DNA of 64,000 nucleotides from the sequence record SRR20825010_1231; one strand, written 5' to 3'. Under the pieces are notes generated by a model. It was not told the DNA's origin and searched no databases. It was given only the letters and a program-made list of their open reading frames with translations. The stretch's first letter is position 1. Each line of letters opens with the position of its first letter. Positions 20,041-28,789 of the stretch are shown here, piece by piece. The translations under genes and the position numbers were made by a program.

Positions 20041-21821
20041 GCCAATCTGGCCCAAGCCTGCCCATCGCGGACGCATCCCGCCAACAACCTGCGTCTCGTC
20101 AGACAACTGCCTGGCGAGGACGCGGGCTGCATGCAATCCGAATCGCAATGCTGATCGGTTTGCTGGGCTGTTTGCCGTCGCCGCATCAGCGCAGCGAGAC
20201 GGTTGTCCGACCGACGCTGGAACAAGTCCAACAATTGGAACCCGCCGCTCGTGCGATCGCCGACACCGCGGACGAAAGCGGACGCTGGGTCATCTCGGAT
20301 AGCGATCGGATTCCGTTGGGTTCCGTGGCCAGAACTTTGCCTGAAGCCAACGCGCTGGTCGGTTACCGCGGGCCAACCGAAGCTCTCTTGTTGCTCGATC
20401 AACAGCACGTTGTTCGCTCGGCCGCGGTTTTGCATAGCCATGACACTGATGAGCACGTCGACGCGGTCAAAAACTCGCCCGCATTCTTACGGCAATTCAG
20501 TGGGCTGACCTGGGACGGAACGCTTGCGGGCGGAAGCGTGCCCAAGATCGATGGTGTCTCCGGTGCAACGCTGACCAGTCTGGCGATGGCGGGTGGTATC
20601 CTCAAGCGTCTTGGCACCGCCCCGGGATCGCTCGTTTTCCCGGAACCGCTGACCTTGGAAGAAGCACGGATCTTCTTTCCCGACGCCACCAAAATCCATG
20701 GCGAGCGAATCGCCGTGGTCCTGGCGGACGACGAAACCCGACTCGGGTATCTGATCCGTACGGGAGCATTTGTTGATGACGAGATCGGCTACCAAGGTCC
20801 AACCAGCACATTGGTTGCGTTGGATCTCGAACAACGTCTGCTGCGTCCCAAGATCCGGCATTCCTTCGACAACGAACCCTATGTCGACTATGTCCGCCAA
20901 GAACGATCGTTTTGGAAACGATTCGTAGGCATGACGCTGGAAGAACTCGCGGCGTTTGATCCTCCCGCCGAAGAGGTCGAAGGTGTCTCGGGAGCCACAA
21001 TGACCAGCATGGCCATCGCTTACACGCTGCCAAGTTTCGCGACGGAGTTGTTGGCGGATGAGGAATGGAAAACGCTCGGGCAAACACCCTTTCAAAAGCG
21101 ATTGCGTGCTCTCCAAGAATTCATCCAAACGACGCGTCTGTCCAACGCTGACATCGCAACGCTCATCGCGTTGGTCCTGTTGCCGCTGCTGATTCGCTTT
21201 GGAGCGATGCGGCAAACCTGGCGGCGTCGCTTGTGGCTTTTCGCCGTCTGGTTGGTCATCGGCCTGTACGCTGGCAACCTTCTGTCACTTGCCTTGCTGG
21301 CCGGTTGGGCCACGTCTGGAGTCACCTGGCAACTCGCCTTGGGTTTGGTCGCCCTGGCGATCGTCTCTGTGGTGATCCCACCAACTCGGCGGGGCAATCC
21401 GTACTGCAACCACCTTTGCCCTCATGGTGCCGCCCAACAACTGATCCGGCCAACCAGTGATTCTCGTCGGAAGTGGAAACTTCCGTCATGGTTTTCCAGA
21501 ACATTAGGATTTTTGCCCGCGATGACGTTGTTGTTGGTCTACCTCGCGTTGCTGATCCGTCCGGCCACCGATGTTTCTTTTGTCGAACCATTCCACGGGT
21601 ACCTTTGGCATTTGACTTCGTGGTCCGCGGTCGCTTGGACGATCAGCACCCTTGCGATCGCCTTCTTCGTTCCGATGGCTTACTGCCGACTGGGATGCCC
21701 GACCGGTCGTCTGCTCGACTGGTTGCGACTCAAGGGAACCAGCCACCAAATCTCGCGAATGGACCTCGCCGTTGTGGGCCTGCTGATCTTCGCCTGCGGC
21801 TATCGTTTCCTCATTCGTTAG
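20022..21821 (+). CDS. NosR/RnfG-like membrane protein with two FMN-binding domains and a 4Fe-4S-type membrane domain
   Basis: DGVSGATLTS and EGVSGATMTS flavinylation motifs; YCNHLCPHG and YCRLGCPTG; several TM helices. Confidence 0.82.
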   Translation: MGQTTLSQSGPSLPIADASRQQPASRQTTAWRGRGLHAIRIAMLIGLLGCLPSPHQRSETVVRPTLEQVQQLEPAARAIADTADESGRWVISDSDRIPLGSVARTLPEANALVGYRGPTEALLLLDQQHVVRSAAVLHSHDTDEHVDAVKNSPAFLRQFSGLTWDGTLAGGSVPKIDGVSGATLTSLAMAGGILKRLGTAPGSLVFPEPLTLEEARIFFPDATKIHGERIAVVLADDETRLGYLIRTGAFVDDEIGYQGPTSTLVALDLEQRLLRPKIRHSFDNEPYVDYVRQERSFWKRFVGMTLEELAAFDPPAEEVEGVSGATMTSMAIAYTLPSFATELLADEEWKTLGQTPFQKRLRALQEFIQTTRLSNADIATLIALVLLPLLIRFGAMRQTWRRRLWLFAVWLVIGLYAGNLLSLALLAGWATSGVTWQLALGLVALAIVSVVIPPTRRGNPYCNHLCPHGAAQQLIRPTSDSRRKWKLPSWFSRTLGFLPAMTLLLVYLALLIRPATDVSFVEPFHGYLWHLTSWSAVAWTISTLAIAFFVPMAYCRLGCPTGRLLDWLRLKGTSHQISRMDLAVVGLLIFACGYRFLIR

Positions 21822-23781
21822 CCGCGTTTTCAAAACCGACCAATCGCGAGGTCGCCAGAGACTCGGCGATTCCCTTGACCTGCATTGGCTCGTTGGCTTC
21901 CAGCACAAACGAGTTGCTGAGATGTTGCGAGACTTCGCCGGAAACCACGATTTCGCCCGCCAAGGCTCGATCGCACAACCGGGACGCAACGTTCACTGTG
22001 TTTCCAATCGCGGTGTATTCCATCCGCTGTGGCGTGCCGACGTTGCCAACGACAGCCTGCCCGGTGTGGATCCCAATGCCAATCGACAAACCACTTTTGT
22101 GTGAACGCAACGCTTCTTGAATTCGCCAAGCAACACGCGACGCACGCTCCGCATGATCGGTTTGGTCCAGCGGTGCATTGAACAGCACCAAGATTGCATC
22201 ACCGATGAACTTGTCGACCGTGCCTTCCTCCTCAAAAGTGCAACGAACCATCACTTCCAACAATCCATTGAGTTCTTCCAAAACTTCTTCCGGTTGCAGA
22301 CGTTCAGAAAACTGAGTGAAGCCGCGAATGTCGGCAAACATGACGGTCACTTCGCGAGTCACACCTCCGACCACAATCGACTGCAACTCGGACTGTTGGA
22401 CCAATTGGTTGACCACCGCCCGCGGCACATAGCGACCAAATAAGTCGGTGATTCGTTGCCGCCACCGGATCTCTTCGAAGTATCGAATGCCGACCCCCAG
22501 CACTCCCGCCACCAAAATCGAAACTGGCGTGAAGGCCATGTCGAGAAACCATCCGCCGCGAAAGGCGAACGTGCAGATTGCGATGTATGCGAGTAACAAC
22601 AACGCCACGCACAGCAACGCCCAACGAGCCCGAAAACTGGCCGCGATCACGCAGGCTAAAACGCTGAATCCGATCAGCAGGGCAGGAGTGACGTACCATG
22701 CCGCCATCTGCATGGTGATTCCATTGAGCAGCGTTTCAATCGCGACCCCGGTGACATCCAGCGCGTCCGCCTGCCGATCGCGAATGGGAATGTCGTATCG
22801 ATCCGATGAAGGCACAAAAGACATTTCTAAATCGATCAGCACCGCCTTGCCGCGAACCAATTCCGGATCGAAATCGCCTTCAGCCAGATCGCCGTACTCC
22901 AACCGAGTCAAGTCGCTTGGATTGAACCCGTAGTCGACCCAAATACCAGCCGGTGAAACGGTCGGAAATTCGCTTCCAAAACCGATCCAATTGACCTCGT
23001 TGTGGCCAACTTGATAGTCGGCCAATTTTGGATTGGGTGCGATTGTTTCCTCTCCGCTGGGTGATTGCAGCAGGTTGATCATTTGGGGAAAGACCTCCAA
23101 CCAATGATGAATCAATCCCGCCTGATCGAGTCGCTCGTAGAAACCCGTCTGGCCACCGTTGGGCTGGTCCGTTAATCGCTGCACCACCCAAAACGGAGTC
23201 GTTTCGCGAAGTGCAAAGTAGTCGTGCATCGCGATCGGAAAGATTCGCGAATGGCGATTGACCATCGTTGGTGACTTGAAGCTCATCCCGTGATGCACGA
23301 TGCAATCGTGGTAGCTCTCCACAACTTTGTAGTCGACATCCAACGTCAGATAGACATCTCGAACCAAGTTGCGTTTTGGAGCAACCTGTTGAATCAAATC
23401 CAATGTCGGCCGCACACTCGCTTCGAAATCATCCGGATCGGTGCAGACCAAATTTCGCAAATCCGCCACCACTTTCGCGTCGGCGTTCATCAAGTTCTCG
23501 TAAAGCTTCCGGTCGGTCTCAAGGTCGGGCTTCTTTCCCAATCGCTCCGCACTCGATGTCCCGAAGGACACCAGCACCACGTCGCCTGAAAGTTCCCGTG
23601 CCCCCAGACGCGGCCCACCCTCACGCAGCATCACCGCATCGCTGACTATCCGAGAAAATTCGAATGCGGTCTGGCCTCCCAAATGCATCGCCGCGAAAAA
23701 GAACAGCGAACACAACACCCCGCTTCCAATCGAGACCAACGGTCGCCACCAACGACGGTTGGACTTGGAGATTGATCTCAT
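21811..23781 (-). CDS. Class III adenylate cyclase with CHASE2-like sensor
   Basis: VMFADIRGFT, DKFIGDAI, YTAIGNTVNVASRL; three TMs before the cyclase domain; ATGA overlap with the upstream gene. Confidence 0.88.
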   Translation of the reverse strand: MRSISKSNRRWWRPLVSIGSGVLCSLFFFAAMHLGGQTAFEFSRIVSDAVMLREGGPRLGARELSGDVVLVSFGTSSAERLGKKPDLETDRKLYENLMNADAKVVADLRNLVCTDPDDFEASVRPTLDLIQQVAPKRNLVRDVYLTLDVDYKVVESYHDCIVHHGMSFKSPTMVNRHSRIFPIAMHDYFALRETTPFWVVQRLTDQPNGGQTGFYERLDQAGLIHHWLEVFPQMINLLQSPSGEETIAPNPKLADYQVGHNEVNWIGFGSEFPTVSPAGIWVDYGFNPSDLTRLEYGDLAEGDFDPELVRGKAVLIDLEMSFVPSSDRYDIPIRDRQADALDVTGVAIETLLNGITMQMAAWYVTPALLIGFSVLACVIAASFRARWALLCVALLLLAYIAICTFAFRGGWFLDMAFTPVSILVAGVLGVGIRYFEEIRWRQRITDLFGRYVPRAVVNQLVQQSELQSIVVGGVTREVTVMFADIRGFTQFSERLQPEEVLEELNGLLEVMVRCTFEEEGTVDKFIGDAILVLFNAPLDQTDHAERASRVAWRIQEALRSHKSGLSIGIGIHTGQAVVGNVGTPQRMEYTAIGNTVNVASRLCDRALAGEIVVSGEVSQHLSNSFVLEANEPMQVKGIAESLATSRLVGFENAANE

Positions 23782-24944
23782 TGGTTCGGTCCCAATTGGC
23801 CGACTCCGCTGATCGCATACAGACCAAACGTGGCCAACCAATGGTCGCCTTCGTAGTGACCGCTGTTGATGTAGGCCAAACCCGCGACCAAGTGTTCTCT
23901 TGCATTCGTTCGAATGGCGGCGACCAGCGGATGCTGCTTCGGCAAGTGATTCGCAACCGATTGCAGACACCATGCACGATTGAGGTTCAGCCCGGCGAGG
24001 TGAACCAGTTTGCCGTCAGTGAGGTCGCTGACACTGACGGGCGAGATCGTCCCGTCGGTGAGCTGCTGCTGCAGATTCGGCACAAACGCATCCAGCCAGC
24101 TTGCGAAATCTTCCGGCGAAAGCACCCGCCGCATCAAGTCCGCTTCGTTCCACGCCGACGAGAAGAAATCGTGACCGGACGGTTCGTACTGGACCGGGTA
24201 ATCGGTGTCGGCCAGATAGAAATCACGAGCCCGTGTGATCACCAACTCTTCCAACTCGTTGAGACCACGAGCCCTCGCGTAATCCAACACTTGCCCCAGC
24301 GCAAACGCCGTGTCCGGATGCTGGCCCGTTCGAATTGGAAACGTCAGCAGCGGCAGGTAAGCCGTGATCCGTTCAACCAACAACTCTTCGAGTGGCTCTA
24401 GAGCTCCACGCCACTGAACGGCATCGTCATCTTCGAACGAATCCAACTCCATCGCCAAACGCAGAAACCAAGCCCAGCCATACATGCGTTCGAAAGACTT
24501 GTTCTCATCGCGAGCAAAGAATTCCGCTTCGTGCTTCAAGTTCTCAGCCGTCAAATGCCGAGACAACGCTTCACGAATTTTGGTGGCCGCTGGCATCTCG
24601 GGATGTGTCTTCAGCAGACGCACCAACACCCAGTGACCGTGCACACTGCTGTGCCAATCAAAGCATCCATAAAACGCCGGGAAGTGTTCTTGGGGCGTGC
24701 CGATTTGATCAGGATTGGAATAGACCAACGACAGTTTGTTTGGAAACTCCGTGTCGACACCATGCAGCACCAACTCTGCCCATTGATCCGCCATTTCCGA
24801 CGTCAAAGTAATCGTGGCGTTTGAGTCCAGTTCAACTGACGAATTCCCGTCTGGCGACTGCGTCCACGCTGGAACTGTCATGACCGAACCAAACAGCAAA
24901 ATGGAGAACAATTGGCGAAAGAATGGATCTTTCCAGGCAAACAT
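23778..24944 (-). CDS. DUF2891 family exported protein
   Basis: HFPAFYGCFDWHSSVHGHW, FERMYGWAW, HLAGLNLNRAW, YEGDHWLATF. Confidence 0.85.
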   Translation of the reverse strand: MFAWKDPFFRQLFSILLFGSVMTVPAWTQSPDGNSSVELDSNATITLTSEMADQWAELVLHGVDTEFPNKLSLVYSNPDQIGTPQEHFPAFYGCFDWHSSVHGHWVLVRLLKTHPEMPAATKIREALSRHLTAENLKHEAEFFARDENKSFERMYGWAWFLRLAMELDSFEDDDAVQWRGALEPLEELLVERITAYLPLLTFPIRTGQHPDTAFALGQVLDYARARGLNELEELVITRARDFYLADTDYPVQYEPSGHDFFSSAWNEADLMRRVLSPEDFASWLDAFVPNLQQQLTDGTISPVSVSDLTDGKLVHLAGLNLNRAWCLQSVANHLPKQHPLVAAIRTNAREHLVAGLAYINSGHYEGDHWLATFGLYAISGVGQLGPNQ

Positions 24945-25180
24945 GAAGCTTCCTCAATTCGGCACGGGCAACTTGCGACCAGGATAAAAAACACCTGTCT
25001 ATCGCAATCATCTGATAACATCTTAACGATGAGCAGTGAATCGGTGTCCGGTCGGCATGGCACTTCTGCCGCGGCAAAGCACTGCTTTTCGCCTCCCGCT
25101 TTGACTGGATGTGTTGGGTTGTTTTTCGAAAGGCGTGATTGTCACGCGTTCTTTGAACTCGTCTTGCTTCAAGGTCTGCA

Positions 25181-26224
25181 ATGTTGTGCTTCAGTCGATG
25201 GTCGAACTCAGTGGTGTTCTGGATGGGCATCACAGCCGTGATCTGCGCGCCAGGATCGTTCAGTTGGTCGGATGACGAGATTGACGTGGATCCCACCAAA
25301 CCCAATCGATTGATTCTGCACGTTTGCAAAATGGACGGGACGCCAATACGACCGCTCGTCGCTGACAAGGCAATCCGGCATGATCTTGATCGACAGGGAA
25401 CACCTAACGTTTCACCCGACGGAAAGCGGGTGGCTTACGACGCATGGTCAACGACTCCGACAGATCCAGATCGCGGCCCCCGGGTGTGTGTTTGCGATCT
25501 AGACGGCAAGAACTTCATCGATGTGATCGACGGCTACATGCCTTCCTTCGCGCCCGACAACAAGCGTTTGGTTGTAAGTCGGCCAGCCAAGTATGCCAAA
25601 GCAGACGGCGCCAAAGGCCAATCCATCTGGATTGTGAACTGCGATACCAAAGAGAAAAAGTTAATTGCGGATCAGGGTGCCTGGGGTGGGCGTTGGTCCG
25701 CCGATGGTGCGACGATACTTTTCCAAGGTGGCGTGGATGAGAATGGTGACCCAGTGCCCAAGTCTTGCTTGAGAGTATACGACGTGGCTGCCGAAAAGCC
25801 ATCTCTACTGTTCCCGCCGGAAGGGTCACCGTTTCAGGAGATTAGCTATCACTTTGCCTGGAGCAAGAGTGACCGTCGGTTGGCAATCGGAGGTCGGCTC
25901 ATCCCTGGGCTCGGTGAAGGTGTGCCGAGTACCGTGACGGTGATCATGAATGCTGATCAAGGCCCTGATTCCGTGATCATCATGCTGCCGCCCGCCAATG
26001 GGGCTCGCGTATTCGATGGTTTGTCACTCGATTGGCATCCTGACGGGAAGTCCATTCTCAGTACAGGCATGGTGGACAACCGATTTGTTCCTGTCGGGTT
26101 GTCGACGGATGGCACGGCTTCCGAGATCACGTTCCCTGGCATTCCGGACTCAGTCAACGTACGCGATCCAGCCTACTCGCCCGACGGGAAACATTTGATC
26201 GCATCGTTCGGTGCTCGGCCGTAA
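25181..26224 (+). CDS. TolB-like beta-propeller (PD40 repeats)
   Basis: Repeated SPDGK/WSADG/WHPDGK/YSPDGK motifs. Confidence 0.75.
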   Translation: MLCFSRWSNSVVFWMGITAVICAPGSFSWSDDEIDVDPTKPNRLILHVCKMDGTPIRPLVADKAIRHDLDRQGTPNVSPDGKRVAYDAWSTTPTDPDRGPRVCVCDLDGKNFIDVIDGYMPSFAPDNKRLVVSRPAKYAKADGAKGQSIWIVNCDTKEKKLIADQGAWGGRWSADGATILFQGGVDENGDPVPKSCLRVYDVAAEKPSLLFPPEGSPFQEISYHFAWSKSDRRLAIGGRLIPGLGEGVPSTVTVIMNADQGPDSVIIMLPPANGARVFDGLSLDWHPDGKSILSTGMVDNRFVPVGLSTDGTASEITFPGIPDSVNVRDPAYSPDGKHLIASFGARP

Positions 26225-26290
26225 CCCAAGAGGACCGTTCCGGGTACTCTGCTCCGCGGTTGTCGGCTCCGACCCCAACACGCACAACCA

Positions 26291-26336
26291 GTCGCGGCGC
26301 GACGGTAGCCGAAAGCCTTGGGCTTTCAACCCAAGG
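26291..26336. repeat. REP-like intergenic palindromes
   Basis: gtcgcggcgcgac plus hairpin ccttggg-ctttcaa-cccaagg. Confidence 0.4.
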
Positions 26337-26460
26337 TCATCCGTCGACACCTAAGCCCCCAAATCAGTGAGCATTCAGCGGCCAATCCGCATCTACAAAA
26401 TCCGTTTCGCGAGCGCCTCGTCTGGGTTGGATCCGTGCCCTTCTGTGTTGGAGGAACTCA

Positions 26461-28023
26461 ATGATGAAAACAACACATGAAAACGTCACGAATGACGCGT
26501 TGTGGCAGAAAATTTCTCATTTTCCGATTGGAGGCGAATCCGCTGACTGGACCGCGACTCCACCCACTCAAGGCCTCTCGTTTTCGCAACGTTTGGCCCG
26601 AGAAAACGATTGGAGCATCCAACATGCTCGTCGCTGCATCGACGAGTACCGAAGGTTTCTGTATCTGGCCGCCACCGCGGGTCACAGTGTGACTCCATCG
26701 GACGCGGTCGATCAAGTTTGGCATCAACACCTGGTCTACACCGAGAACTACTGGGTGGACTTGTGCCAAGACGTTTTGCCATCACCGCTGCATCACGGAC
26801 CGACCAAAGGTGGCTCCCAAGAACGGGTGCGATATCAAGACCAATACGAACAGACGCTTGCATCTTATGAGCGGGCATTCGGCAGCGTCCCGGTTGAGGT
26901 TTGGCCGCCGACCGAAGAACGCTTCGCTCAATCGATCGCATCGCTTCGCATTGACCAACGCAAATTCTGGCTGATCCCCAAGCCAAACCTGACTGGCAAG
27001 TCATTGCAAGGGTCGCACCTCGCGATCGCCGGATTGGCAGCGACACCTTTCGCGGCGCTGTTCCCGTTCAACTTGGACGGACCAACGTTCTTGGCGTTGT
27101 ATGGTGCGGCAATCGTGATCGGGCTTGTCTACCTGTTGGTTTGGTTTCACATCACCAACGGTTGGTCATCCAATCCGTCGTCGCCTCCCAAACTTGGCTG
27201 GGGACAACTGTCGATCCTAGCAGGGGGCAAAAAGCGATTGCTGCAAACAACCTTGGTAGCGTTGCAAAAGCGAGGCATCGTCCAGTGCGATCAACACGGA
27301 TTCACCATCCTTGATCGTGGGGCATTGCAGGCCCAACACGACGACGATCCCGTTGCTGTCAGCGCCATGAAGTTGACCACTGACTACCTGGCCTCCAGCA
27401 ATGCTCCGCAATCGTTCCAACGCTTGCTGGTGGCGATCCATTCCACCGCGACCAATGCCGAATCGCAAATGCGAGAATCGGGATTGCTGAGATCGACCGA
27501 ACAACGCAATCGCTTTCGAGCGGGCGCGTTCGGCGTTGCTGGCATCTTATTAGCCGCCGGTGGACTCCGGTGCCTGCAGGGAATCCAAAACGACCGTCCG
27601 ATTGGGTTTCTCGTTTTGGAAATGATCCTCGCGACGGTTGGGTTGGCGGTCGCGTTTCACATGGCGGGTCGTGAGCGTTTGACATCTCTCGGTCAATCGG
27701 TCCAAGAACGATCACAGCGGAGCTATCCAGAAACGGGGTTGAAGTCCGCTCACCAAACCGACGGAGGCGACTTGGATGAGTTGCCCAGCTTGGCGTGCTG
27801 GGGTCCTGCGGTGGCCGCCTATGTGCTCACCGATCCCTCTGAGCTTTTCACCAATGACATGTTGTACGGGGAAGAAATCCAGGCTGCCCAAAAAGCGTCC
27901 AGCTCAACGGGATGGATTGACTGGAGCAGCAGTGACGGGGGCAGCAGTTTCGACTTCAGCGGTGGTGGGGGCGATGCGGGCTGTGGAGGCGGATGCGGAG
28001 GCTGTGGTGGATGCGGAGGGTGA
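26461..28023 (+). CDS. TIGR04222-like membrane protein with N-terminal DUF1399-like domain and Gly/Cys tail
   Basis: EYRRFLYL..PSDAVDQVWHQH; GPTFLALY; RPIGFL; C-terminus GCGGGCGGCGGCGG. Confidence 0.78.
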   Translation: MMKTTHENVTNDALWQKISHFPIGGESADWTATPPTQGLSFSQRLARENDWSIQHARRCIDEYRRFLYLAATAGHSVTPSDAVDQVWHQHLVYTENYWVDLCQDVLPSPLHHGPTKGGSQERVRYQDQYEQTLASYERAFGSVPVEVWPPTEERFAQSIASLRIDQRKFWLIPKPNLTGKSLQGSHLAIAGLAATPFAALFPFNLDGPTFLALYGAAIVIGLVYLLVWFHITNGWSSNPSSPPKLGWGQLSILAGGKKRLLQTTLVALQKRGIVQCDQHGFTILDRGALQAQHDDDPVAVSAMKLTTDYLASSNAPQSFQRLLVAIHSTATNAESQMRESGLLRSTEQRNRFRAGAFGVAGILLAAGGLRCLQGIQNDRPIGFLVLEMILATVGLAVAFHMAGRERLTSLGQSVQERSQRSYPETGLKSAHQTDGGDLDELPSLACWGPAVAAYVLTDPSELFTNDMLYGEEIQAAQKASSSTGWIDWSSSDGGSSFDFSGGGGDAGCGGGCGGCGGCGG

Positions 28024-28132
28024 GAAGCCTCCACCACTTGCCGCGTGACCAGGCTGCTATCTTGGGAGGAATGCTTGCGGGAATCCAAATCGGCTCTCGC
28101 AGACTCGTTCGTCCCATGCACCAGGCCACCTC

Positions 28133-28720
28133 ATGAACCCCGGCACCATCGAGGAACCATCGACTCATCCTTCTTTGCTCGAACGGGCCCGGTACGGCGA
28201 CGACGAAGGCTGGCAGATGTTGGTCCAAGTCTACGGTCCAATCGTCTACCGATGGATCCGCCGATGCGGGGCTCAGTCGGCCGACGCCGCCGACGTGATG
28301 CAAGAAACGTTTCTTGCCGTCGCCAAGGCTCTCCCGCGGTTCAACCTGGACCAAACGGGCGCCACTTTTCGCGGATGGTTGTGGACGATCGCTCGCAACA
28401 AACTTCGCGATCGCCAACGTGCCGACCAACGGTCTCCGATTGTGCTCGATGGCGAAGCGCTGCAGTGGGCGGAGAGAGAAAGCTCTGATCCGCCCAGCGA
28501 ACTGGCCGACGACGTGCAGTCGATTCAGAACCGCATGCTGCAAGTTCTGAGGCAATCAACTGATCCCAAGACCTGGCAGATGTTCTGGCGGACCGCCGTC
28601 GAAGGCTGTGATCCAGCGACGGTGGCAGCCGACCTGAACGTCAGTCGATGGACGGTCTACAAGGCTCGCGCTCGGGTGCTGCAACGACTGCGAAAAGAAA
28701 TGGAGGATTTTCATCGCTGA
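28133..28720 (+). CDS. ECF sigma-70 factor
   Basis: DAADVMQETF, FRGWLWTIARN, region-4 HTH VAADLNVS..TVYKARAR. Confidence 0.9.
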   Translation: MNPGTIEEPSTHPSLLERARYGDDEGWQMLVQVYGPIVYRWIRRCGAQSADAADVMQETFLAVAKALPRFNLDQTGATFRGWLWTIARNKLRDRQRADQRSPIVLDGEALQWAERESSDPPSELADDVQSIQNRMLQVLRQSTDPKTWQMFWRTAVEGCDPATVAADLNVSRWTVYKARARVLQRLRKEMEDFHR

Positions 28721-28789
28721 GGTGTCCAATCGCCGCCCATCCAAGCGTTGCGTGGTCAACCAATCGATCCCTCGCACCGAAAGCCCGTC

